Source: Mobula birostris (lineage: Eukaryota). From it: DNA of 64,000 nt. The notes below the pieces were generated by a model. That model worked only from the letters and a program-made list of their open reading frames with translations, made no database searches and was not told the origin of the DNA. Location: positions 109,045,379-109,109,378 of the forward strand of contig NC_092377.1 in the NCBI RefSeq assembly GCF_030028105.1, given 5' to 3'. Of this stretch, positions 52,652-64,000 are shown piece after piece (the stretch's first letter is position 1; every line of letters starts with the position of its first letter). The position numbers were made by a program, and so were the translations under genes.

Positions 52652-53300
52652 GACCATAAGACATAGGAGCAGAATTAGGCCATTCAGCCCATCGAGTCTG
52701 CTCCGCCATTCCATCATGGCTGATTTATTATCCCTCTCGACCCTTTCTCCTACCTTCTCCCCATAACCTTAGAATCTAGAACTTGTCAACCTCTGCTTTA
52801 AATATACCCAATGACTCGGCCTCCACAGCGGTCTGTGGCAATGAATTCCACAGATTCAGCACCCTCTGGCTAACTAAATTCTTCCTCATCTCTGCTTTAA
52901 AAGGATGTCCTTCTATTCTGGGTTGGTGCCCTCTGGTCCTAGACTTCCCCACATCCATTCTACACAGGACTTCCAATATTCAATAGTTTTCAATGAGATC
53001 TGCCCTCCTCCTTCTGAACTGTAGTGAGCAGAATCCCGGACCATCAAACGCTGCTCATACGTTAACCCCTTCATTCCCAGAATTATTTTCATGAGCCACT
53101 GCTGGAGTATCTCCAATGCCTGTCCATCCTTGCTTAGATAAGGAGCCCAGAGCTGCTCACAACACTCTACAGGTGCAGACTAACTAGTGCCTGATGAGGC
53201 CTCAGCATTGCAGACTAGCTTTTATACTCAGTTCTCCCAAAATTAATGCTAGCATTACGTTTGCCTTCCTTGCCACCAACTCAACCTGCAAGTTATTAGC
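52652..53300 (-). mobile_element. CR1 LINE 3' fragment
   Basis: ACCATAAGACATAGGAGCAGAATTAGGCC tail on +; minus peptide GKSRTRGHQPRIEG..SQRVLNLWNSLPQ. Confidence 0.85.
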
Positions 53301-54984
53301 TGGATAATATCCAGTTTCAAAAGAATGGCCCTTCACATACAGCACCTAGAGTAACAACCGGTTTTCATAATATTTTGGTCTTCTGGTAAAGGGTGTGGCA
53401 ACTCTGGATGAATGCAGAAGTTGTTCTCACTGGATCGCTATCTTCCAAAGTAACCATGGCTACCTGGACTGGTTGTTCAAGCTGTAGTGAGTGTGTTCAC
53501 TGTATTAGTGCTGCTGCATTGAGGCTGGGTTGAGAACTTGGGAAAGGGAGTCTGCTGAGGCCTTTTCCCCTGTCGAACCGTCCTCCAGCAGCGTTTTCCA
53601 AATGGCTGCTGCTCATCTTGTCTTCCAGCTTTGGGTGGGTAGATGTAATCAGAGCTCCCGGCCTGTGACTGGGGCGGGGCCTCGAGTTGACAGTGTTTTT
53701 TACCACCCCCCTGCCTCAGGTGAGGGCCACACCCCCACTGCTTTTGTCTTGTCCTGCAGTGCGGCGCACTCTTGTGCTTCCTGACTCCGCTCGGGAAGAT
53801 GGATGTTGAGTGCATGCAGTTGGAAACTAGGGAAGGCCCTGTTTCCTCGACTGTGCTCAGGCAGTTCAGGCGTACTTGCCTTGAATACAGGAGTGATCAC
53901 CGGGGCAAATAACTGCTGGTCCAGTCAGTCCTGATGTAGTGGTTTTGACCCAGAACATTGACAATTCCTTTCTTCCCACAGCTACTGCTAACCCAGCGTA
54001 TTCTTGTTGCTCCACCACCCACCCGGGTGTTCTCCTGTCACTTCTGGGCTGGGCAAGGCGAGATGATGCTTCACAGATAGAGTTCAGTGATTGGACTGAG
54101 AGTGGCCTCCTTCCACCCCTCGCGAGGCACCCCCATTTCCCCCTCTGGCCCTGCTCACCCTGCGTTTTAATCCATCTTCCCATCTTGTGGTCTGTATTCC
54201 ACTCCATAAAACTTGTGCCAGTCGTTTCCATGAAAGAACCAACTAGTCCCACATTTGACCTAATGCCCCAATAGCAGAGGCTGGAAATGATAAATAATAA
54301 CCCAAAATGGAATTAGAACTCAGCAGGTCAGGCTGTGTCCATGGAGAGGTAAGCAATATTTCACCTGGCGAAGGATTTCTAACCAAAAAAATAACTTAGC
54401 CTGACCTGTTGTGGTTTCCAGCTCTCGCTGTAAAATTGCATTGTAAAATTCTGTATTATCTGGTACTATTTTCCCTTTGGTTTCTTGGGCCAGGGTCTGG
54501 TAAGCTTGTGGAATTTATTGCCACAGATGGCTATGGAGGCCAAGGCACTGGGTATGGTTAAAGCAGCGGTTTGATAGGTCCTTGATCAGGAAGGGCGTCA
54601 GAGGTTACGGGGAGGAGGCAGGAGGATGGAGTCGGGAGGGATAGTAGATCAGCCATGATGGGCCGAGTGGCCTAACCACACTCCTATGTGTTATGGAGGG
54701 TCATCCTCCCAGCTAGGAAGTCTCGCTGTTTAGAACTCTCCCCTGTTTACTCTGCCGGCCAAACCACTCAGCAACCCACCCATCTAATCACAGAGCAATT
54801 TACAATGACCAACTAACCTGCTAACCGGTACGTCTTTGGACTGTGGGAGGAAACCAGAGCACCCGGAGAAAACCCACGCGGTCACAGGGAGAACGTACCA
54901 ACTGCTTACAGGCGCCGCCGGAATTGAACTCGGAGCTCCGAAGCCCTGAGCTGCACTGGCGCCGTGCTAACCACCGTGGCTGTA

Positions 54985-55980
54985 GAACGGTACAGCGCCG
55001 GAATGGGCCCTCCGGCCCTGGTGTTGTGCCAAATTAATGGAGCTAGTGACACCTAATCAGTTCTGCATAAGCACTGTCTATATCCCTCCATTCTCTGCAT
55101 ATTCGTGTTCCTATGGGCCTTTAAGCACCTCCAATCTGCTTTCACCCTCATACCTGAGGGTGCAGCCAGCACTTTCTGTGGGGTGGGGGGAGAATATCTT
55201 GCCCTGCATATCTCATTTGATCTTATCCCCTCTCACCATAAACTCTCTTTAGTATTAAGGGGTTTCAACCCTGGGGAGAAGACAGTGACTGTCAACTCTT
55301 ATCTATGCCTTATAATCTTATAAACCTCAAACTGGTCTCCCCTCCCCTCCATCACTCCAGAAAAAAATCCAGTTCCAATTTGTGTAACCTCTCCTCATGA
55401 CACATAGCCTCTAATCTAGAGAGCATCCAGCATCTCTTCTGCAGCCTCTGCAAAGCCGCCACATCCTGCTTGTAATTGGGTTACCAGGACTGAATGCAGT
55501 ACTCCTGATGCAGCTTGACCAGTTTTAGACGCCTGCAACATAACGTCCTGACTCTAAATTCATTGCCTCAACTAATAAAGGTAAGCATGCCAAAGGCAGC
55601 CTTCGGCACCATGTCAGGGAGCTGCAGCCTTGGATCTCAATATCCCTCTGTACATCAACACTCTTAAGGGTCCTTCTATGAACTGCGTACTTTCCCGTTA
55701 CATTTGATCTCCCCACCTGTCACTTAGCCATTTCGCACCCATATCTGCAACTGGTCTATGTCCCATGTTTTGTTTGGCAACCTTCTACATTATCCACAAT
55801 CGTGATATCATCAACAAATTTAATAATCCGCACTTCCATATTTTCAACTGGATCATATTGAGGTGTCACAAAGAGCAGAGGTTCAGTAAGGATCTGTGCA
55901 GAGCCCTACTGGTAACTGACTCCAGCCCAAGCAAAACCTTTTGATGACTGCCGTCTGCCTTCTGTAGCCAAGCCAATTCT
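54985..55980 (-). mobile_element. Old CR1 LINE fragment
   Basis: Similar to the CR1 RT C-terminus and 3' UTR of other copies (ACCAGGACTGAATGCAGTACTCC, TCATCAACAAATT). Confidence 0.6.
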
Positions 55981-56399
55981 GAATCAGAGTCAGGTTTGAT
56001 ATCACCGGCATATGTTGTGAAATTTGTTGTTTTGCGGCAGCAGTACGTTGCAATACGTAATAATAAAACTAAAAATTACAGCAAGAAGCATGTGAGTGTG
56101 TGCGTGCGTGCGAGTGTGTGTGCGCGTGTGTGTGTGTTTAAATTAAGTGCAAAAAGAGAAAAGTAAAAGTGGTGAGGTAGTGTTCACGGGTTCAATGTCC
56201 ACTCAAAAGTCTGATGGCAGAGGAGGAGGAGCTGTTCCTGATTTGTTGAGCATGTGCCTTCCGGATCCCATACCACTCCTGGATGGCAGCAATGAGGAGA
56301 GGGTATGTCCTCAGTGATGGGTGTGGTCCTTAATGATGGACGCTGCCTTTTTGTGGCATCGCTCCGTGAAGATGTCCTGGATGCTGATGGACAGATAAA

Positions 56400-57175
56400 T
56401 ATATAGACACTCTATTGATCCCAAAGGAAATGGCAGTGTCTCAGTAGCATTACAAGTGCACAGGTATACAAATATTAGAAGAGAAGTAGAAAAAGTAACA
56501 AATAAATTACCACAGTGTAACAGGAGGAGTCATCACTTCCCTGGCTATTGGTTGACTCATTATAGAGCCTGATGGCCGAGGGTAAGAAAGACCTCATATA
56601 GCACTCTCTGGAGCAGCACAGTTGTCTTAGTCTATTACTAAAACTAAAAGTGCTTCTCTGTTCAGTCAAGGTGGCATGCAGAGGGTGAGAAACATTGTCC
56701 AGAATTGCCAGGATTTTCCATAGGGTCTTTTGTTTTACCACAGCCTCCAGTGTGCCCAGTTTAACTCCTCTAACAGAGCCAGCCTTTCTTATCAGTTTAC
56801 TGAGCCTGTTGACATCACCTGTGTTGATGCCATTGCCCCAGCACACCACCACATAGAAGATTGTACTGGTGACAACATACTGGTAGAACATGTGAAGGAG
56901 AGGCCTGCATACTCCAAAGGACCTCAGTCTCCTCGAGAAGTAGAGGCAACTCTGGCCCTTCTTATACACAGCCTCTGTGTTGGTGCTCCAGTCAAGTCTG
57001 TCGTCCAGGTGCACCCCCAGGTACTTGTAAGCCCTCATCATCAATAGTAAGAGGGAGCAGTGCAGGCTTAGTCTGCCTGACATCCATCACCATCTCCTTT
57101 GTCTTACTGATGTTGAGCTGCAGATGATCCAGCTTGCACCATTTGACAGAGTCCTTGACAATGGCAAATGAGGCT
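56400..57175 (-). mobile_element. Rex-Babar-like LINE 3' fragment, nested in another Rex-Babar-like fragment (~55980-56390)
   Basis: YKYLGVHLDDRLDWSTNTEAVYKKGQSCLYFSRRLRSFGV; LQLNISKTKEMVMD. Confidence 0.85.
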
Positions 57176-57502
57176 AGTACCATATTGCAAAGTCACTGTG
57201 GATCCCATGCATGTTAAACTCCAGGATAAACTTAGCACGAGGGACCCTCTGGAAGCCTTACTAAAATCCATCCAGACAAAACATCCACCTTCATCACCTC
57301 TTCAACAAACTCAGTCAAGTTAGTCAGACACGATTTATCTGGTGCAAAGCCATGCTGACGGTTCCTAATTTTTCCCAAATTATCGTAATCCTCTGTAACC
57401 ACAACTGAGTTTAGGATTCTACCTGGTATCCCTTGTCTTCAAAGACGAGATTACAATACGAGATTACAAAAATAGCTTAGACTGGAAAATCGGAGGGTAT
57501 CA

Positions 57503-57638
57503 CAAACACAAGAAAATCTGCAGGTGCTGGAAATCCAAAACAACACAGACAAAATGCTGGAGGAACTCAGCAGGTCAGGCAGCATCTGTGGATAAGAGTG
57601 AACAGTGGATGTTTTGGACTGAGACCCTGCAGCAGGAT
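57503..57638 (-). mobile_element. Short Penelope 3'-end copy with a degenerate hammerhead
   Basis: AAAATGCTGGAGGAACTCAGCAGGTCAGGCAGCATCTGTGG..GACTGAGACCCTGCAGCAGGA. Confidence 0.8.
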
Positions 57639-58403
57639 CTTCCTCAGAGGATTATAATGACTTTGTGTGGGAGCTAATGAAGAGCGAAGGGTTAAAGACC
57701 TCAGTGAGACCAGCTCACAGTCACCCCCTACTGATGTTCCGGTGCTGGGATCAATGAGCAAGTTGAGGGAGCTTTCAACAAAATTGGTGCAGTAATTCCC
57801 TGGAGTTTGTCTTCAGATGGATTGTCAGGGAAATGCATGATGTTGTCCTCTCTTTGGACATATTTGAGGGTGTTCTGGAACAAACTGAGTGAATGAATTC
57901 AGACACCCCTCCCCCATCCCACACTCTCCACTATCTGTCCTTTCCCACCCTGTCACCAGCTCTCTGATTCTTCTCCATCTCCTTTCCTATATTACATCAT
58001 GAACTCACTCTCATCTATACCTCTAAGTTTTTCCATCCCCCTCAGCCTCCATTTGAGGGAAAGCAAGCCCAGCTCTCACCTCATCATTGAACCCGCCTAT
58101 CTGAGGCAGCATGCTGTACTCTCTGCTGTGCAGTCACATCCTCACTATAGTGTTGACCAGATCTGCACCTGCACCCATTCTCCCGTTTGGCTGAGTCAAT
58201 ATTTTAGAAGGTTATGCCATGTCATGTCCTCTGACTAATGAAGGCCAGCATTCTGTACCCCATTTCCAGCAGTTGTCTAGCTGTGGTTCCACCTTTGCGA
58301 TCCTTAAACTTGTGCACAAGAGCTCTCATTCTGCTACTTCAGATAAAAGCACCCAAAATGCTGACTCTTTTTCTCTCCCCATAGATGCTGTCTGACCCAC
58401 TGA

Positions 58404-58616
<213 letters not shown>

Positions 58617-58708
58617 TGAGCTTTAGAGAGAGAAAATGTCAACAGATTGATTACGATTGCATTTCAAAAGTTTTATTTAATGTAACTGTTACTTTAGGCT
58701 CAACTAAA

Positions 58709-59493
58709 CACCCCAGACAACAATTTTTTTTCAAATTGCTTCCTTGGAAATTTTTTGTTTACAATAGACCACCGGAACACAAGTATAATTTCAGACTACT
58801 TGTAGCATGTAGGAATTTGGAGAAACAAGAAATTAACTGTTATTGTGTATAAAGTGTTTAATTCCATAACAATGCTGACACTTTACAATAGTTGAACTAA
58901 GCTAAAAATGTTTTGTTGATGATTTTCATTTGTACTCTGTGTCTGAGGCTTCTCCTTTAAGTGTCCAACAATAATCAGCCAGCATCGATGGATTCCAGTT
59001 GCCCTGGCACCGTTTCTCCATGACCGCGATGCCCTGGTGAAACCTTCCACCACGCTCGTCACTGACGGCGCCAAGATTCGCAGGGAAGAAGTCTGAATGG
59101 GAATACAGAGAATGAATCTGTAATGACATGTTGCAATTCATGGTTTTGTCTGCTTGAAGCATGTTGTCAACCAACTGCACGTAGTTTGGTGCTCTGTAGT
59201 TGCCAAGGAAATGTTCAGCAACATCCTTGAATACCTTCCATGTGACTTTTCCTGTTTCCACTAGAACTTCTTCAAATTTCCCGTCATTGATGACCTGTTT
59301 GATTTGTGGACCTACAAAAATACCTTCCTTAATCTTGGCACTAGTTATTCTGACTTGAACTATGAATTCAAATAACAAATATAGGCGTTTTTTTAAAATG
59401 GTGCGTGGTAGGGAAGGGAAATTTCAGTGATTTTCATGATTAGCATCCCGAAATCCATAAGATACACCCAAAGTATTCAGTTGTTATCCAGTA
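58709..59493 (-). mobile_element. DNA transposon fossil with transposase C-terminus, probably Chapaev3 (CMC superfamily)
   Basis: ORF 58926-59378: AKIKEGIFVGPQI, FLGNYRAPNY, NMSLQIHSLYSHSDFFPANLGAVSDERGGRFHQ..MLADYCWTL. Degenerate termini CAC..GACAACAA / TTGTTATCCAGT. The family is named from my recall of the motif. Confidence 0.65.
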
Positions 59494-59924
59494 ACACAGT
59501 TCATGTGTTTTCTGTTTGGCTTTGATAGAACTACTTGTATTGATTACATGTTTCTGCCTCTCATTCTGCACAAGAGGAATGTTTTGTAGTCCGTCTTAAT
59601 TTCATTCATGAATGAGATGGTTACTGGTATGGCCAGCAGTTCTTACCCATCTCTGACAAGGGGGTGGTTCTGAGTTGGCCCTAGCCTGCTGCGTTCTTCT
59701 GGTGAAGGTACTGTTGGGTAGGGCGTTCTGGGATTTTGGCCTGGGGACCGTGACCAGGGGTTGGTGATGTGGTGGGGAACCTGTATTTGGTGCAGATATT
59801 CCCATGCACTTGCTGGGAGGGGGGGATGAGTGGGAAAGAGTCTTACTGAGGAACAGCGCGATAGCAGCCAGATGGGCTGTCCACTCCTCACTTGAATGCT
59901 TCAGCACTCACAGCACTGGGGTGG

Positions 59925-60665
59925 AGATGGGGGGATTGGGAGGTATTTGCCCCTCCCATCAGCTGGTTAATGTCCATCAGGGGGTGGAGAATGAGAGATG
60001 CTTGTCCTTCCTGTTAGCTGGTTAATTGTCCAGCCGGTGGGGGTTGGGGCCAGGGAATGGGAGATATTTGCACCTCCCGTTAGCTGGGGAATTGTCTGGG
60101 GGAGGGGAAGAAAAATACTAGCTCCTCCTGCTAGTTGAGTACTTGTCTGGGGGGGGGGGTGGGTTGGGAAAGGGAGATGTTTGCCCGCTCATTAGCTGGG
60201 TAATTGTCCGGGTGGGAAGTGGGGAGGAAGATATTTGCTCCTTCTGTTAGCTGGGTACTTCTCCGGAGTGGGGGTGGTTGGGAAGGAGAGATATTTGCCT
60301 TGCCTGTTAGCTGGTTAACTGTTTGGCGGGGTGGGGGGGTAATGGGAGATGATTGCACCACCCCTTAACTGGTTAATTGACGGGTGGGGGGGATGAGGAA
60401 TGGGAGATATTTGTTCCTCCTGTTAGCTGGTTAATTGTCTGTGGGGGGGAGAGAATGGGAGATATTTGCTCCTCCCATTAGCTGGGTAATTATCTGGGGG
60501 GGTGGCGAAAGGGAGATATTTGCACCTCCGTTAGCTGGGTAATGATCTGGGGGGAGTGGGGAATGAGAGATATTTGCTCCTTCCATTAGCTGGGTAATTA
60601 TCCGGGGGAGGTGGTGGGGAAAAGAGAGATATTTGCCCCTTCTGTTAGCTGGTTAATTGTCCGGC
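59925..60665. repeat. ~55-60-bp minisatellite (about 13 units): conserved core plus variable G-rich linker
   Basis: Core GGGAGATATTTGCWCCTYCYRTTAGCTGGKTAATTGTC repeated and separated by G-runs. Confidence 0.92.
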
Positions 60666-61389
60666 ACCATTCATGACTGAATGAGGCAGGGTGTGGGGCT
60701 TAGATGTAATCTGTAGTGGGTTCCTGGCTCAGTGGGTAATGGTTGTACTGAACCACATGGTAATCTGAGGCCCCTCACAGAATTAATTCTGTGCTGCTTC
60801 AAATTTTGATCCACGTAGAGTATAGATTGGCACCTGAGCAGGCAGTGTGTGGTCACTAGCCAACGGCATCCGCCTTTGACCTCCATCATCACAGCTCCTG
60901 GAGTTGAGGTTAAGGCCTCCAAGGTTCCTGCTTGCTGGAAAACCTGACACCCCCTCTGTACTGGGGCAAGATGTGAGCGGTCTTGTGGAAAGCAGTCTGA
61001 TATGTCACCTGTGGCTGTGTGACCTCACGATGAGGCTACTGTCAGTCATCTGTGGCCCAGACCTTCCAGACCACCCCCGTCCTCAGAGAAGCTTGCAACA
61101 TCATCTGCTCTGGGTATAAGTCTTTGTTCAAGACCCTTGCTTAATGTAATATGTGAGAGAGGAGGCTTATCAGCCTGTGATCCTATGCATTTCTGTCAGT
61201 AAGAAAGTACGTTTATCATCGGTCCGGTGTTAAACCGGAGCAGTTGGCTAATCCACTGTGCTTTGAAAATTCTTTAAGGCTGCCTGATGAAGAGTTGAGC
61301 AATGCAAGCAGAAAGACTTTGATCCCAGGCCAGAGCATGGCACTGTGCTGTGGATTAGTTCACACAGGGGCTCACAGAACATAGAACGT

Positions 61390-62900
61390 GGAGGAGGAAG
61401 GGTGCTGTTACTAGTCAGGGTAAATGTTATGGCAGTGCTCCGTCAGGACAGACTGGAGAACCTGACTAGTGAGGCGTTGTGGGTGGAACTGAAAAATAAG
61501 AAAGGTATACCCACGTTAATGGGGCTCTATTACAGACCACCCAACAGTCCAAGGGATTTGGAAGAACAAATTTGTAAAGAGATCGCAGACTATTGCAAGA
61601 AATGTAAGGTTGTTATAGCAGATGATTTTAACTTCCCTCATATTGACTAGGAATCCCATACTGTAAAGGGACGAGATGGGATAGAGTTTGTTAAGTGTGT
61701 TCAGGAAAGTTTCCTTCATCGGTACGTGGAAGTCCCAACGAGAGACAGTGTGATACTTGATCTGCAGCTGGGGAGTGAGACAGGGCAGGTGAGAGAAGTT
61801 TGTGTAGGGGAACACTTTGCATCCAGTGACCACATTAGCTTTGTGGGAGAAGCCAGACAGTGGTAGTAGACGGTTGCATCTCTGACTGGAGGCCTGTGAC
61901 TGGTAGGGTGCCACAGGGGTCGGTGCTGGGTCCTTTGTTGTTTGTCATCTATATCAACGATCTGGATGATAATGTGGTTAACTGGATCAGCAAATTTGAA
62001 GATGACACCAAGACTGGGGGTGTAGTGGACAGTGAGAAAAGCTATCATGGCTTGTAGGGAGATCTGCACCAGCTGGAGAAATGGGCTGAAAAGTGGCAGA
62101 TGGAATTTAATGCAGGCAAGTGTGTGGTCTTACGCTTCAGTAGGACCAACCAGGGTAGGTCTGACACAGTGAATGTTAGAGCACTGAGGAGTGTGGTAGA
62201 ATGAAGAGATCTGGGAATACTGGCCCAGAATTCATTGAAAGTGGTGTCACAGGTAAATAGGGTCATAAAGAAAGCTTTTGGCATATGGGCCTTCATAGAT
62301 ATTGAGTATAGGAGATGGGATGTTATGGTGAAGTTGTATAAGACATTGGTGAGACCTAATTTGGAGTATTGTGTACAGTTTTGGTCACCTACCCACAGAA
62401 AAGATGTAAACAAGGTTGAAAGGGTGCAGAGAAATTTCACGAGGATGGTGCCGGGTGTGAAGAACCTGAGTTATAAGGGAAGACTGAATAGGTTCGGACT
62501 GTTTGGAACATAGAGCATTGAAAAGAGTTTTGATAGGGGTATACAGAATTATGAAAGGCATAGATAGGATAACTGGAAATAGGCTTTATCCGCTGACATT
62601 GGCTGTGACTACAACTAGAGGTCATGGGTTAAGGGTGAAAGGTGAAAAGTTTAGGGGAACATGAGGGGAAACTTCTTCCCTCAGAGGGTTATGAGAGTGT
62701 GGAACGGGCTGCCAGTGTAAGCGGTGCATGTGAGCTTGAGTTCAACATTTAAGAGAAGTTTGGATGGGTGCATGGATAGTAGGGGTATGGAGGGCTCTGG
62801 TCTGGGTACAGGTCGATGGGAGCAGGCAGTTTAAATGGTTTCAGCATGGACTAGATGGGCTGAAGGGCCTGTTCTGTGCTGTACTTCTCTATGTCTCTAT
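61390..62900 (+). mobile_element. CR1 LINE, internally deleted (APE fragment joined to RT C-terminus and 3' UTR)
   Basis: LWVELKNKKG..YYRPPNS, ADDFNFPHID, VPQGSVLGPLLFVIYINDLD, LYKTLVRPNLEYCVQFWSP; tail TTCTCTATGTCTCTAT. Confidence 0.88.
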
Positions 62901-63330
62901 AACAGTACAACACAATACAGGCTCTTCAGTCCAAGGTGTTGTGTCAAACCTCTAATCTAGTCCAAGGTCAACCTAACCCTTTTCGTTATCACATAGCCCT
63001 CCATTTTTCTATCATCCATGTGCCTATCGAAGAACCTCTTAAATATCCTGAGTGCCTCTACCAGCACCCCGGCAGGGTGTTCCATGCCCCCACTACTCTC
63101 TGGGTGAAAAAACTTCCCTCTGACACTCCTCCCATACTTCCCTCCAACCACATTAAATTTGTGCAGCCTGGTACTGGCCATTTATACTCTGGGAAAATGT
63201 ATCTGTTTGTCCACTATGCCTCTTGTACACTTTTATCAAGCCACCTCTCATCCTCCTTGGCCTCAAAGAGGGAAGTCCCAGCTCACTCAACCTATGCTCG
63301 TGAGACATGCTCTCCAATTCAGGCAGCATC
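62901..63330 (-). mobile_element. CR1 3' fragment, tail-to-tail with the preceding copy
   Basis: Minus peptide VVGGKYGRSVRGKFF..IFKRFFDRHMD, similar to 28330-28600. Confidence 0.75.
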
Positions 63331-63692
63331 TGTCAGGCTCATACCCTCCTCCCAGACCCTGCCCCACCAGCTCCATTGATGCTTTGTTTTGCCTTGACTC
63401 TGTCGTCTACAGGTTAACCTCCGACCCTGGGGAGCAGACTGTACGCTGGGCGGTGAGGGAGGGGGGAGGGAGGTGCCAATGGATTGCAGTAAGCCGCTGC
63501 GTGTCTGGGTGCTGGCAGATGGTCCGGTGGAAGTGGTGGGCAGTGTGTGCCCCTTCTCACAAGGTGTGGCAGGAGTGGTAGGCAGGGACAGAGAGCAGGC
63601 CAGGGCAGTGATCCAGTCCACTGCTGAAGAGAGGGGAGAGGAAATATGCGGTGGTGAAATCTCACTGACCGGAATGTGAACCCTCGAGGCCG

Positions 63693-63870
63693 ATAAACAG
63701 TCAATATTGTGAGCTGAAACCCTTCACCTAGTCCAGTCCTGATGAAGGGTCTCGGCCCAGAATGTCAGCTGTTTATTCTTCTCTGTAGATGCTGCCTGGC
63801 CTGCTGAGTTCCTCCAGCATTTTGTTTGTGTTACTCTGGATTTCCAGCATCTGCAAAGTCGCTTGTGTTC
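63693..63870 (+). mobile_element. Short Penelope 3'-end copy with hammerhead (CUGAUGA intact, GAAA>AGAA), preceded by an inverted partial copy
   Basis: CAGTC-CTGATGA-AGGGTCTCGGCCC-AGAA-TGTC-AGCTG at 63734-63771; inverted arm at 63693-63730. Confidence 0.8.
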
Positions 63871-64000
63871 TGGAGGCTGATCCAGTGAATGTGGAGACTA
63901 GCCAGAGGAGACTTTACCATCAGTCTGGGTCAGAGCAGAAATGCAGGGAATGGAAGAGACACGGATGAGAGTCTGTCAACTGCAGTGGAGAGGAGCTCAT

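Noticed and set aside
59925-60665. CRISPR-like repeat/spacer look
   Set aside because: Vertebrate intron with no cas genes; the repeats are degenerate and the spacers are low-complexity G-runs rather than unique sequences.

Overview
Eukaryotic, repeat-rich vertebrate genomic DNA. The repeat mix (CR1, Rex-Babar, Penelope, V-SINE/HE1-like SINEs) suggests a cartilaginous fish, possibly a ray; this is inference. The only host gene I can support is an ERM-family gene, most likely ezrin, on the + strand. Six coding exons (84, 96, 275, 84, 147 and 97 nt, all AG/GT-bounded and phase-compatible) encode FERM residues ~5-265 between 32358 and 58595. I did not find the start exon or the later exons in the window. 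The rest is intronic or upstream and filled with transposons: a young near-full-length CR1, a young 5'-truncated Penelope-like element (RT + GIY-YIG) inserted in a 37-bp minisatellite, Rex-Babar and CR1 fragments, RTE-derived and tRNA-type SINEs, hAT/Charlie, Tc1 and Chapaev3-like DNA transposon fossils, a solo LTR and a small internally deleted Gypsy element. There are also two large minisatellites. The most notable signal is a minimal type I hammerhead ribozyme at the Penelope 3' end. It recurs in about 15 short dispersed copies, including head-to-head pairs, and the one copy with an intact catalytic core lies antisense to the gene. Most long ORFs in the track are repeat artefacts. Repeat boundaries are approximate unless a TSD or terminus is quoted.
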